A model generated the notes under the pieces. That model did no database searches. It saw nothing but the letters and a program-made list of their open reading frames with translations, and was not told the DNA's origin. DNA of 64,000 bases from an uncultured virus (IMG/VR IMGVR_UViG_3300027708_000067) (Duplodnaviria; Heunggongvirae; Uroviricota; Caudoviricetes), in the IMG/VR virus record IMGVR_UViG_3300027708_000067. One strand, 5' to 3'. Each line of letters begins with the position of its first letter. The stretch's first letter is position 1. A program made the translations under genes and the position numbers. Below are positions 6,267-15,324 of the stretch, in pieces.

Positions 6267-8585
6267 ATGAAACCGACCAGTTTGCCAGTCAATTTCAATG
6301 CAATACCGATGGAACTCAAAAGAATACCACGTTGGGTTCTTTGGCGCTATGTAGAGGTGGGTGAAGAGGGCAATAAGAGATGGTCTAAACTACCAACTCA
6401 GGCTAATGGTTTATCAGCTTCTTCAACCAATTCAGAGACTTGGGCGGACTTTCTCGCTGTCCAACATGCCTACGAAGACAATCCAGACCGTTTTGCCGGC
6501 GTGGGATTCGTCTTTTCCGATGAAGATAGCCTCATTGGTATCGATCTAGACGACTGTTTTGATTCCGCCACACAGAGTTTCACAAATGCTGCAATGCAGC
6601 AATTAGCAGAATCCATTCAAGGTTATATGGAAATCAGTCCTAGTGGCACAGGGGTGAAGATATTTACCCGCGCTCACTTAAATGCAGCCCACGTTGACCA
6701 TTCCATCGGGCTGGAGATTTACCCACAGGGGCGGTACTTTACCGTCACAGGGCAGCATCTCTCCGGTGCACTGCCCACTGAGGAGCAGGATATTTCCCTG
6801 ATTGTGCCACAAAGGGCGGCGCACATTTCAGGTGATGCGTTTGAGGATTACGCCCCACCCGTCCAAGATTATGACTTAGCCAGGGTGGAGACTGAGCTAC
6901 TGTCTAAGCTTGACCCGGACACAGGTTACTCAGACTGGATGGCAGTAGGGTTTGCGTTGCACCATCAGTTCAGAGGCGATCCGGAGGCATGCGATCTGTG
7001 GGATCGGTGGTCTTACAACGACGGTAACTCGACAGGCTACCAGTCTAGCGGTCAGAACTCATGCTATTCCAAGTGGGCGACGTTTAGGAAAGAGTCGGGG
7101 TGCACACTGCGCTCCCTTATCTTTAAGGTAAACCAAAAGGAAAAGCAGCAAGCCTTGGCTAAAGGCGAGATTATTTTAGACCAAGGCTCGATGAACCATG
7201 CTCGCACATTTTTAGACAGTCATTACGCTAGTGAAGAAGGTTACACGCTGGTGCATTACGCAGAAGACTTTTACATTCATGTCAGGACGCACTATGAAGT
7301 TATTGAAGAAGCCACAATACGATCTAAGCTATACACTTTTCTTGATAAATGCAAAAAGACGGGCAGAAAGGGTGCGCTCGAAATGTTTAACCCTTCTCCA
7401 GCATCCGTCTCTGCCGCACTTGACGCTGTCAAATCAATTACGCATTTGCAAAATCATGCAAACACAAAACCACCTATATGGTTGGATCTTTACGCAGCCA
7501 ACAAACCGGATGCGGCTGATCTTATTTCTTTAAAGAACGGTATTTTCCATCTTAAAGATTATGTGATGCTGCCGCACAGCTTAGGGTTCTTCACACAGAA
7601 CTCTTTGCCGTTTGTATATGACCAAGAGGCTAAGTGCCCACAGTGGTTAGCATTTATGCAATCGATTTGGGGTGATGATCAGCAGTCAATCGATACGCTG
7701 CAAGAGATGTTTGGTTACATTTTGTCGGGTGATACTCGCCAGCAAAAGTTCTTTAACATTATTGGACCCCGCCGTAGTGGCAAGGGAACGATTAACAAGA
7801 TACTAGTATCGCTGCTAGGTCAGCACAATACGGTCGCACCACAATTGGAGGAACTCTGTGATACTTTTGGCTTACAGCCTTGGCTGGGTAAACTATTGGC
7901 TTCTTTTACAGACGCACGAGCTCCTGAACGCAATCGGGGCGCTGTTGTGTCTCAGCTTCTTCGTATTGTGGGTGGGGATACCGTCACAGTCAACAGAAAG
8001 AATAAAGAGAGCTGGAATGGTTATCTGCCTACTCGTATCGTTATTTATTCTAATGAAGTTCTTCAATTAACTGAGAACTCTAATGCGTTAACAGGACGCA
8101 TGATTGTGTTAAAAATGACTAAATCATTCTTTGACCATGAAGATACAGAGCTATCATTTAAATTGGAGAAAGAGTTAGCTGGTATTTTTAACTGGGCAAT
8201 GGAAGGATTAAAGCGCAGACTGGCACGTGGCGGTCACTTTGTACAGCCGGAGACCGGTAGAAGTTTGTTGGAGTTGATGGCTGAACTGGGCAACCCAATT
8301 GGCTCATTCGTAGAAGATGCTTTGGAGTTTGATGCGCTGGGCACAGTATCTAAAGACGATGTGTTTACTTGTTACAAACGCTGGGCGCTGGCTAAGTCAT
8401 TACCGCCAGGTACAGAGTTAGCATTTAAACGTCGCTTCTTAGCTGCCACCCAAGAGCATCGAATAGATGTTGATGTTGATAGAACTAACGGCAATAGGAT
8501 ACATATTTATCGTGGCATTAAGTTAAATCCTAAAGCACAGAAGTACGTAGATAGTGTAGAATCATTTAATGAGGAGGTGTTTTAA
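6267..8585 (+). CDS. DNA primase-polymerase / PriCT-2 / D5-like SF3 helicase
   Basis: IGIDLDDC, EISPSGTGVKI, YFTVTG (AEP); YSDWMAVGFALH..WDRWS (PriCT-2); Walker A GPRRSGKGT. Confidence 0.93.
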   Translation: MKPTSLPVNFNAIPMELKRIPRWVLWRYVEVGEEGNKRWSKLPTQANGLSASSTNSETWADFLAVQHAYEDNPDRFAGVGFVFSDEDSLIGIDLDDCFDSATQSFTNAAMQQLAESIQGYMEISPSGTGVKIFTRAHLNAAHVDHSIGLEIYPQGRYFTVTGQHLSGALPTEEQDISLIVPQRAAHISGDAFEDYAPPVQDYDLARVETELLSKLDPDTGYSDWMAVGFALHHQFRGDPEACDLWDRWSYNDGNSTGYQSSGQNSCYSKWATFRKESGCTLRSLIFKVNQKEKQQALAKGEIILDQGSMNHARTFLDSHYASEEGYTLVHYAEDFYIHVRTHYEVIEEATIRSKLYTFLDKCKKTGRKGALEMFNPSPASVSAALDAVKSITHLQNHANTKPPIWLDLYAANKPDAADLISLKNGIFHLKDYVMLPHSLGFFTQNSLPFVYDQEAKCPQWLAFMQSIWGDDQQSIDTLQEMFGYILSGDTRQQKFFNIIGPRRSGKGTINKILVSLLGQHNTVAPQLEELCDTFGLQPWLGKLLASFTDARAPERNRGAVVSQLLRIVGGDTVTVNRKNKESWNGYLPTRIVIYSNEVLQLTENSNALTGRMIVLKMTKSFFDHEDTELSFKLEKELAGIFNWAMEGLKRRLARGGHFVQPETGRSLLELMAELGNPIGSFVEDALEFDALGTVSKDDVFTCYKRWALAKSLPPGTELAFKRRFLAATQEHRIDVDVDRTNGNRIHIYRGIKLNPKAQKYVDSVESFNEEVF

Positions 8586-8586
8586 T

Positions 8587-8742
8587 ATGAATGTAATCAC
8601 CGTAAAGCAGTATTTAGAAATTTTTAAGTTCTCAAACGTTGAGAATTTAAAACACATGAAGCGAGTGTTGTTTATGTCACATGGAACCGAAGATTTAAAA
8701 AACCGTTATGAAGCAATAAAAATTGCATTGGGGGAAGAATGA
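8587..8742 (+). CDS. Small hypothetical protein (51 aa)
   Basis: GGAGGTG SD, ATGA overlap with next ORF. Confidence 0.55.
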   Translation: MNVITVKQYLEIFKFSNVENLKHMKRVLFMSHGTEDLKNRYEAIKIALGEE

Positions 8743-8957
8743 ACGATAGAGACTATTTTGCAGCCACCATTATGAGCGGTATCTGCGCTGGTGACTGGAA
8801 GCTAAACATTGAAGAGGGCAGCACTTGGGACGAGATAGCAGCCAAGCGTTGCTACGAGATTGCCGATGCGATGATCAAACACCGTGACATTACCGAAGTC
8901 ACCGAGGCCGACTTTGTACGCAACGCCAAGCTAAGAGACATTGCAGGTGAAGAATGA
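8739..8957 (+). CDS. Conserved-type small phage protein
   Basis: DRDYFAA..M.G...A..CY.IADAM motif. Confidence 0.75.
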   Translation: MNDRDYFAATIMSGICAGDWKLNIEEGSTWDEIAAKRCYEIADAMIKHRDITEVTEADFVRNAKLRDIAGEE

Positions 8958-9136
8958 ACGCAAATGAACTAGCTAACTTATTAGAAGTAGATAGTTGGTA
9001 CAAGCTGGTAACTAGGGAAGAAATAGCCACCATGCTACGCCAGCAACAAGCTGAAATAGAGGCGTTGAAACGTCATCGTGATAGATTGGAAACGCTGGCG
9101 GAAAAGATGTTACAAGGAAGCGGAGAAATAGAATGA
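8954..9136 (+). CDS. Small phage protein
   Basis: MNANELA..L...ATMLRQQQAEIEALK motif. Confidence 0.7.
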   Translation: MNANELANLLEVDSWYKLVTREEIATMLRQQQAEIEALKRHRDRLETLAEKMLQGSGEIE

Positions 9137-9297
9137 CCACCTTCACCACACAAGACCGGCAAGATGCTCAACGCACCCCGTTGACCGACGAGCAAATACA
9201 CGATATTTGGAAAAGTTTATGGGAAGGCGGCAATATTGGACACATAGCTTACACATACGCCCGCGCCATCGAACGCGCCCACGGAATAGGAGAATAG
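9133..9297 (+). CDS. Small phage protein (54 aa)
   Basis: PLTDEQI...ARAIERAHGIG motif; ATGA coupling. Confidence 0.65.
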   Translation: MTTFTTQDRQDAQRTPLTDEQIHDIWKSLWEGGNIGHIAYTYARAIERAHGIGE

Positions 9298-9544
9298 GAT
9301 GATTTACTTTTTAACTTATTTTTTATTAGACCACTTTGACGCACCATCAATTTACTTTACTTTGTTTTGGTGCATCATTGTCGGTGAAGCGTTGTTTGCA
9401 ATTGCTGCCGGATTTTTACAGGCAATCAACAAATGAGCTTCACCATCTACCAACACGACGGGCTCAAAGTTATCCAGTGGTTCGCCACAGTTGACAGCCT
9501 GATTGCCAGCATGCTGGCCAACCCTAACGACGCATACCACCGCA

Positions 9545-9724
9545 ATGACTGAGATCGCTTTATCATTCTTCATCGGCTTTTTGGTTGGCTTGGTCATGCG
9601 CCCAAAAGATAAAGACATGTTAGACGATGTGCTAGAGCGCAACGAGAAATACCGCAAGTACGAAGAAGAGATTAAATATTACAAAGACTTGTGCAAATGG
9701 CACGTAGAAAGGAAACAAAAATGA
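9545..9724 (+). CDS. Small membrane-anchored protein
   Basis: N-terminal hydrophobic helix followed by a charged helix. Confidence 0.55.
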   Translation: MTEIALSFFIGFLVGLVMRPKDKDMLDDVLERNEKYRKYEEEIKYYKDLCKWHVERKQK

Positions 9725-10749
9725 AACGAGTATTAGTTACTGGAGGTGCTGGCTTTATTGCCCACCATGTTATTCAAACCATCCTAAACCAAACAGACTG
9801 GAACATTGTTTGTCTTGATCGTTTAGATTTTTCAGGCAACCTAAACCGCCTAGCAGATATGATGGCGGACTTCTCACCTGATACCAAGAAACGAGTAGAG
9901 ATTGTTTACCATGACCTACGTGCTGAACTCAATCCTATGATTATGGAAATGGTTGGCGATGTGCAATACATCCTCCATCTAGCCGCTGGCTCGCATGTTG
10001 ATCGCTCGATTGAATACCCGATGGAGTTTGTGCAAGACAACGTTATTGGCACAGTGCATCTTTTACAATTTGCTAGAACGTTGAAAAACCTTGAGCGCTT
10101 TGTTTACTTCTCAACCGATGAAGTATTTGGGCCAGCCCCCGTTGGTGTCAACTACAAAGAGCGTGACCGTTACAACTCTACTAATCCTTACTCAGCCTCC
10201 AAGGCGGCTGCTGAAGAGCTGTGTGTGGCGTTTGAGAATACTTACAAGCTACCAATTTATATCACGCACACAATGAATGTGTTTGGCGAACGTCAGCATC
10301 CTGAGAAGTACATACCAATGGTAATCAAAAAAGCACGTGATGGTGAAGTTGTGCACATCCATTCAGACAGCACCAAAACCATTCCAGGTTCACGCCACTA
10401 CATCCACGCTAAAGATGTGGCTGATGGCTTGATGTTTATCCTTAGCCTTGATCCTGCTAGAGTTAGTGAAAAAGATTACGGTGGCGCTAAATGTCCTAAG
10501 TTTAATTTGGTAGGACCAGAGGAGATTGATAACTTAGAGCTGGCTCGCTTAATTGCAAAAGCCCAAGACAAAGAACTGGTATACAAACTGATTGATTTTC
10601 ACTCATCTCGTCCAGGACATGACTTGCGTTATGCCTTATCAGGCGAATACCTTAAATCACTTGGATGGGAACCTAAGATCAATTTGACAGATCGCATTAA
10701 AGAAGTGGTGCAGTGGACATTACAAAACGACAGATGGTTAATCAAATGA
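9721..10749 (+). CDS. rfbB: dTDP-glucose 4,6-dehydratase-like NAD-dependent epimerase/dehydratase
   Basis: LVTGGAGFI, HLAAGSHVDRSI, STDEVFG, YSASK, RPGHDLRY. Confidence 0.9.
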   Translation: MKRVLVTGGAGFIAHHVIQTILNQTDWNIVCLDRLDFSGNLNRLADMMADFSPDTKKRVEIVYHDLRAELNPMIMEMVGDVQYILHLAAGSHVDRSIEYPMEFVQDNVIGTVHLLQFARTLKNLERFVYFSTDEVFGPAPVGVNYKERDRYNSTNPYSASKAAAEELCVAFENTYKLPIYITHTMNVFGERQHPEKYIPMVIKKARDGEVVHIHSDSTKTIPGSRHYIHAKDVADGLMFILSLDPARVSEKDYGGAKCPKFNLVGPEEIDNLELARLIAKAQDKELVYKLIDFHSSRPGHDLRYALSGEYLKSLGWEPKINLTDRIKEVVQWTLQNDRWLIK

Positions 10750-10907
10750 CAAAGAAAAAGACTGTAGAGTTTGAAGAAGGCTGGGCGGATGAATTATTGG
10801 CAGATGGTACAATCACACAAGAAGAAGTTGATGCTCTGGAAAGAATTATTACTGAGTTTGTGGAAGACGGCACCATCCTTGAAGATCACAAAGAGACAAA
10901 ACACTAA
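10746..10907 (+). CDS. Small acidic hypothetical protein
   Basis: ATGA and TAATG coupling on both sides. Confidence 0.6.
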   Translation: MTKKKTVEFEEGWADELLADGTITQEEVDALERIITEFVEDGTILEDHKETKH

Positions 10908-11500
10908 TGGAAAATAAACTACCGTATTACATTGCCGACACCGGACACTTTGGTATCAAGATCAAAGTGTGCTTTTCAGAATCGGCGTTTCATCAGGCTG
11001 TTAAAGATTCTAAAATAACAACCAAGCATCATGCTTTGGACATGGGTATTGCAGAGTCACACTACATCCAACAAGAGGGCACACCGTTTGCCATGTTGGG
11101 CATCGTGTTTAACTACGAAGAGATGGATAAGTTAGATTCATTAGAGCGTATGGGAATTATTTACCATGAAGTATCACATACCACCACTCATGTATTTGAG
11201 TATATCGGTGAAGATGATGCTAAGATTGGTGATGAGTCTCGTTCTTATTTAGGCGAACATATTTTTAAACAAGTGTTTAGCATCTACGCAACGGAGGAAG
11301 ACAAGCGTGAACGTGCTGGAAAAAGAGATAGAAAAACATCTGACGAAGAAAGTGAAGCAGTCATCGGGGCTTTGTTTCAAATGGCTCAGCAGCGTGACGG
11401 GAGTGCCGGATCGGATAGTATTCCTAAACCAAAAGGTACACCTCGTAGAACTAAAGACAGCAACGGGAAAGCTAAGCCCAAGACAGACGCTAGTGTTTGA
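10907..11500 (+). CDS. HExxH metallopeptidase-like protein; C-terminal tail overlaps VRR-NUC
   Basis: IIYHEVSH...E..SYL.E. Confidence 0.6.
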   Translation: MENKLPYYIADTGHFGIKIKVCFSESAFHQAVKDSKITTKHHALDMGIAESHYIQQEGTPFAMLGIVFNYEEMDKLDSLERMGIIYHEVSHTTTHVFEYIGEDDAKIGDESRSYLGEHIFKQVFSIYATEEDKRERAGKRDRKTSDEESEAVIGALFQMAQQRDGSAGSDSIPKPKGTPRRTKDSNGKAKPKTDASV

Positions 11501-11585
11501 CGAACTGGGCGAAGCTGGTTTTCCTGTACATATATTAAGATCAAAAGAAGACATTGAGGATTTTGTAAATGGCGCTATCAAATAA
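11307..11585 (+). CDS. VRR-NUC domain nuclease
   Basis: LEKEIE..L, GVPDRIV, VELKT..GKLSP.Q. Confidence 0.9.
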   Translation: MNVLEKEIEKHLTKKVKQSSGLCFKWLSSVTGVPDRIVFLNQKVHLVELKTATGKLSPRQTLVFDELGEAGFPVHILRSKEDIEDFVNGAIK

Positions 11586-12237
11586 AATTCTTGTTAGGCA
11601 GCAAAATTATAGGAAAACTAAAAAAGGACATTTAGTAAATTTTTTAGGACATGCAAAATCAAGAGCTAAAATTCAAAATCTTCCCTGTGATTTGACATTA
11701 GAATACCTGGAATCGATTGCTAATGATGAATGTCCAGTTTTTAACACGCCATTTGTTTGGGGACAAAGTAATGGCAAACACCCGTACAGGCCTTCTTTAG
11801 ATAGAGTTGTACCAGATTTAGGTTATGTAAAAGGCAACGTTGTTTTTATTTCTTTAAAAGCCAATACAATTAAACAAGACATTACCGAAAAAGAGTTGTA
11901 TGCAGTAGCAGATTGGCTGCATGATAAACGGAAAGAAGTTTTAGAAAATGTTAAACCGAAACCAGTTGCACCCTTACCAGATGAAGATAATTGGGAAGGC
12001 GAAATGCATCCCCAACATCGGACTATTTCTACCACCGGGACTGGGAAAGACAGCAACAACGCTGACCATCATAGCGGAGCAATTTACAGGCAAAACGTTA
12101 ATCATAGCCCCGAAACGAGTAGCGGAGACAGTATGGGATACGGAAATACAGAAGTGGGAACATCTGAAACACTTGAAAGTGTCCAAGATAATTGGGAACT
12201 CCACCCAACGTATGGCTGGATTGAACGCAAAGGCTGA
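11569..12237 (+). CDS. HNH-like (homing-endonuclease-type) protein; tail overlaps the helicase
   Basis: AKSRAK...L..EYL...CP, SLDRV.P..GYVKGNV..IS..AN..K. Confidence 0.65.
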   Translation: MALSNKILVRQQNYRKTKKGHLVNFLGHAKSRAKIQNLPCDLTLEYLESIANDECPVFNTPFVWGQSNGKHPYRPSLDRVVPDLGYVKGNVVFISLKANTIKQDITEKELYAVADWLHDKRKEVLENVKPKPVAPLPDEDNWEGEMHPQHRTISTTGTGKDSNNADHHSGAIYRQNVNHSPETSSGDSMGYGNTEVGTSETLESVQDNWELHPTYGWIERKG

Positions 12238-13282
12238 TGTTTATTTGGTTAACTTGGAAAATGTATCGTGGTTATTTGAAGTCCAACCCAAACCAATGTT
12301 TACCAACCTGGTTATAGATGAGTCTAGCCGTTTTAAGGATCCAAGCACCAAACGTTTTAAGGCCCTTAAAAAGCATTTAAAAGGCTTCCAGAGGCGTTTA
12401 ATTCTTACAGGCACACCCACCCCTCAAGGCATGGCCGATCTCTGGTCACAGGTCGGTATATTGGATTTAGGAGAGCGTTTAGAGACAAGCCTTACCCGGT
12501 TCAGGGATAAGTATATGTCTCCGGACCAAATGAACCGACACACAAAGGTTATTTACAGTTGGAAATTAAAAGAAAATGCAGATCAGATTATTAAAGATAA
12601 GATTGAAGATATTTGTTTTAGTCTTAAAGCTGAGGATTATTTACAGCTTCCACCGCTTACAACGCTTTATCACCAGGTTGAGATAGACAAAAATGCAAGG
12701 AGTCAGTATGAGCAACTTAGAAAAGACATGGTCGTTGACATCAAAAAAGAAAAAATCACAGCTCCAACAGCAGCAGCATTGGCGAACAAGCTGCTCCAGT
12801 TCACATCGGGAGCGGTCTATAACGAAGAAGGAGAGTCTCAAGAAATACACCGCGCTAAATTGGAACGGCTTGAGTCGATCATGGAAGAATCTTCAAGTCC
12901 CACGCTTGTCTTCTATCATTTCAAGCATTCACTCCAACGAATACGTCTTCAGTTCCCAGAGGCGGTGGTGCTGGACGATGACAACATTGAGGCGTGGCGT
13001 CGTGGCGAGATTCGTATGCTCCTTGCCCACCCGCAGAGTGGTGGTATCGGGCTTAATCTGCAGTGCAACGTTGGAGAGACAGCACAAACGGTCTGGTTCG
13101 ATTTACCATGGAGCTCAGAGAACTACATCCAGGCAAATGCTCGGATCTACCGCCAAGGGCAAGAAAAACCGGTTATTATACACCATCTAACAGTGACTAA
13201 TAGTATCGACGAGCACGTAGTAAAAGTATTAGAAGGCAAAATTAATTTACAAGAAGCACTTTTAGATTCATTGGTTCTATGA
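11948..13282 (+). CDS. SNF2-family (SF2) DNA helicase
   Basis: LHPYQ, PGLGKT, VIDESS, LTGTP, GIGLNLQ, QANARIYRQGQ. Confidence 0.93.
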   Translation: MLNRNQLHPYQMKIIGKAKCIPNIGLFLPPGLGKTATTLTIIAEQFTGKTLIIAPKRVAETVWDTEIQKWEHLKHLKVSKIIGNSTQRMAGLNAKADVYLVNLENVSWLFEVQPKPMFTNLVIDESSRFKDPSTKRFKALKKHLKGFQRRLILTGTPTPQGMADLWSQVGILDLGERLETSLTRFRDKYMSPDQMNRHTKVIYSWKLKENADQIIKDKIEDICFSLKAEDYLQLPPLTTLYHQVEIDKNARSQYEQLRKDMVVDIKKEKITAPTAAALANKLLQFTSGAVYNEEGESQEIHRAKLERLESIMEESSSPTLVFYHFKHSLQRIRLQFPEAVVLDDDNIEAWRRGEIRMLLAHPQSGGIGLNLQCNVGETAQTVWFDLPWSSENYIQANARIYRQGQEKPVIIHHLTVTNSIDEHVVKVLEGKINLQEALLDSLVL

Positions 13283-13584
13283 CAACACACAAAGTAAAAG
13301 CAGTAGCCCCGCGTCTTTCAGATGAAGACCTTGACCCAATTGAGCAAGACGAGCAAGAAAGTATTGCGTCTTCGCTAATCAACGAAGGCTGGCTGCCGTG
13401 GGATGCAGAAGACGTTAAAGATATTAAACGTTTGATAGCGGAAAAAATGCCAGCAAAACAGCGCTATGTTTTAGAAGCTTTTTTGCAAGGTTTGAGTTAT
13501 AATGATATAGGTGTGAGCGAAAAACATTGGCGCTACCATTTTAACAATGGGCTTGAATTTATTAAACAGGAACTTAAGGTATGA
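13279..13584 (+). CDS. Stand-alone sigma-70 region-4-like HTH protein
   Basis: MPAKQRYVL..FLQGLSYNDIGVS....RY....GL..IK..L resembles ECF region 4 (LP..QR.V..L...GLSY.EIA..LG.S) with a short deletion. Confidence 0.65.
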   Translation: MTTHKVKAVAPRLSDEDLDPIEQDEQESIASSLINEGWLPWDAEDVKDIKRLIAEKMPAKQRYVLEAFLQGLSYNDIGVSEKHWRYHFNNGLEFIKQELKV

Positions 13585-13763
13585 CAACATTTATTGTAGA
13601 GCATTTACATAACGGCCACCCAATGTTTGACAGCGTTACCGGTGTAGAAGATATTGATTTAACAATGTTTAAAGACATACAAACATTGTGGGTGTGCGAC
13701 ACGAAAGAAGAAATTGAAGCAGTAGAAAGCGAATTAAGGAAAAAACATGCACGACGTAGTTAA
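13581..13763 (+). CDS. Hypothetical protein
   Basis: ORF, coupled. Confidence 0.6.
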   Translation: MTTFIVEHLHNGHPMFDSVTGVEDIDLTMFKDIQTLWVCDTKEEIEAVESELRKKHARRS

Positions 13764-13986
13764 TAATCCTAAACATTATACGAGCCATCCCTCCGGCATT
13801 GATTGCATTCAGATTACTGAGCACATGGGCTTTAATCTTGGCAACGCTATTAAGTATGTGTGGCGTTCTGATTTAAAGAACGATGCCATTGAAGATTTAA
13901 ATAAAGCCATTTGGTACATCCAAAGAGAAATTGAACGCCGTAAAAAACAGGAACTTGATTCTTACTTAGAGGAGTGCGGAAAATGA
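13747..13986 (+). CDS. DUF3310-family protein
   Basis: DVVNNPKHY...IDCI......FNLGNAIKY.WR...K..IEDL.KA.WY. Confidence 0.88.
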   Translation: MHDVVNNPKHYTSHPSGIDCIQITEHMGFNLGNAIKYVWRSDLKNDAIEDLNKAIWYIQREIERRKKQELDSYLEECGK

Positions 13987-14216
13987 TGATTAAAATTGAT
14001 TATGAGTGCGCGGATAGAATTGTCAGCGCAACAATTATTCAAAGTTATATTTCTTTACAGGCCGATTTAAAAAAAGCAAAGAAGAACCCTGGCTCTTTTC
14101 ACGAAGACGACGTTGCGGTTTGGGAAAGATTAATACCTGCTTTGGAAGAGGTTGGTAGATGGTTTACTTATGATTTTGATGGTGAAGTTAAGAAAGCGAA
14201 AAAAGGTAAAAAATGA
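13983..14216 (+). CDS. Hypothetical protein
   Basis: GAGGAG SD, ATGA coupling. Confidence 0.65.
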   Translation: MMIKIDYECADRIVSATIIQSYISLQADLKKAKKNPGSFHEDDVAVWERLIPALEEVGRWFTYDFDGEVKKAKKGKK

Positions 14217-14506
14217 ATACAAGAATTGATTTAGAACAAGCCATTATGGTGGCATGGCAAACTGCTGATGATATTGAGTTGTTGTACAAGCATCATGGCG
14301 ACCACCCAAAACCAATGACAGAAGATGAAGTTGGTAACGCATTATGGGGCATCAAAATGCTTCATGATATGCGAATGGAGGCTTTGATGGATACGTATTC
14401 CCGTAAATTTGAACTGGATCAGTATTGCACAGACCCGGACAAACTAGCGGCAAGAGAAGCATTTTTTGGTATTTCAAAAACAACTAAAAAGAAAGAAAAG
14501 AAATGA
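14213..14506 (+). CDS. Conserved-type phage hypothetical protein
   Basis: RIDLEQ.IM..W...DDI...D...N.L.G motif. Confidence 0.7.
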   Translation: MNTRIDLEQAIMVAWQTADDIELLYKHHGDHPKPMTEDEVGNALWGIKMLHDMRMEALMDTYSRKFELDQYCTDPDKLAAREAFFGISKTTKKKEKK

Positions 14507-14715
14507 ACGTAGGAGATTTTGTAGTTACAGTTGAACTGACGGTAGAGCAAGTCGATGAGTTAATTAATATGCTCAACCAACCGCTTGGTGTACCAACAGT
14601 AGTGTGGGCAAAATACATTGACATTTTTCAACGTCAAGTACGTCCCCAAGTTGATCACGTAAAGACTAACATTGAAACAGTCAAATCCGCCACGGAGAAA
14701 ATGAATGAGCGATAA
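14503..14715 (+). CDS. Hypothetical protein
   Basis: ORF, coupled. Confidence 0.65.
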   Translation: MNVGDFVVTVELTVEQVDELINMLNQPLGVPTVVWAKYIDIFQRQVRPQVDHVKTNIETVKSATEKMNER

Positions 14716-14950
14716 TTTTTTAAAAAACCTATTGAAATACAAAGGCTTTAGCAACGACGTTAACAAGGCTATTGAAGAAAACGTACGGCGCGATACCCAG
14801 GAAAAGGAAATGTTAGACCGAGAAAAAGCCCTTGGCTTGACCCTTCAAATGGTCAATGAAATGCTACCATCCCTCAAAAAAGCCATCCAAGCTGAGGAAA
14901 GACGTGCCCAAAAGCCCACAAAAACAATTATCGTTCCGGACGATAAATAA
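14705..14950 (+). CDS. Hypothetical protein
   Basis: ORF, GGAG SD. Confidence 0.65.
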   Translation: MSDNFLKNLLKYKGFSNDVNKAIEENVRRDTQEKEMLDREKALGLTLQMVNEMLPSLKKAIQAEERRAQKPTKTIIVPDDK

Positions 14951-14981
14951 GGGCGGATTTCTCTTGTTTTTTGCATTAGTA
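14951..14981 (+). promoter_or_regulatory. Phage late-type promoter GGGCG-N14-TTTGCATTAGTA
   Basis: Exact bipartite motif, shared with four sites on the - strand. Confidence 0.85.
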
Positions 14982-15054
14982 GTAATAGGGAGTACAACTC
15001 GTCGTGAGACGCTTGGAAACCGACTTTACACACACTACACACAGGAGAATTAAT

Positions 15055-15315
15055 ATGGTATCCCCATTTGAACTACGCTTTTCTATTTTTAACACTGCCA
15101 AAGATCTGATGATCAAGCAACACGAAGCCAACTTGGCAGCGTGGGAAGTGGTAAACAAGACAACCAAAGAGGCTGCTGAATTAGCACCGGCCTTTCCAAC
15201 AACTGAAGAAATCATTGACAAAGCTATTGAAATCAATACCTTTATCAGCGGCACTTACACAAAAGAACTAACAAACGTGGCTAAGAAATTGGCTGGCGTT
15301 TCAGTAATATTCTAA
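15055..15315 (+). CDS. Conserved-type phage protein
   Basis: SPFELR......AKD.....FPT.EEII.KA..I..F; CA-rich leader and AGGAGA SD. Confidence 0.75.
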   Translation: MVSPFELRFSIFNTAKDLMIKQHEANLAAWEVVNKTTKEAAELAPAFPTTEEIIDKAIEINTFISGTYTKELTNVAKKLAGVSVIF

Positions 15316-15324
15316 GGAAACATT

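Noticed and set aside
14951..14981. GGGCG...TTGCA read as a sigma-54 -24/-12 promoter
   Set aside because: The GG-to-GC spacing is about 20 bp, far from the required 10
15000..15010. 11-nt match to a 23S rRNA hairpin (CGTCGTGAGAC)
   Set aside because: Too short and the flanks do not continue; not an rRNA fragment
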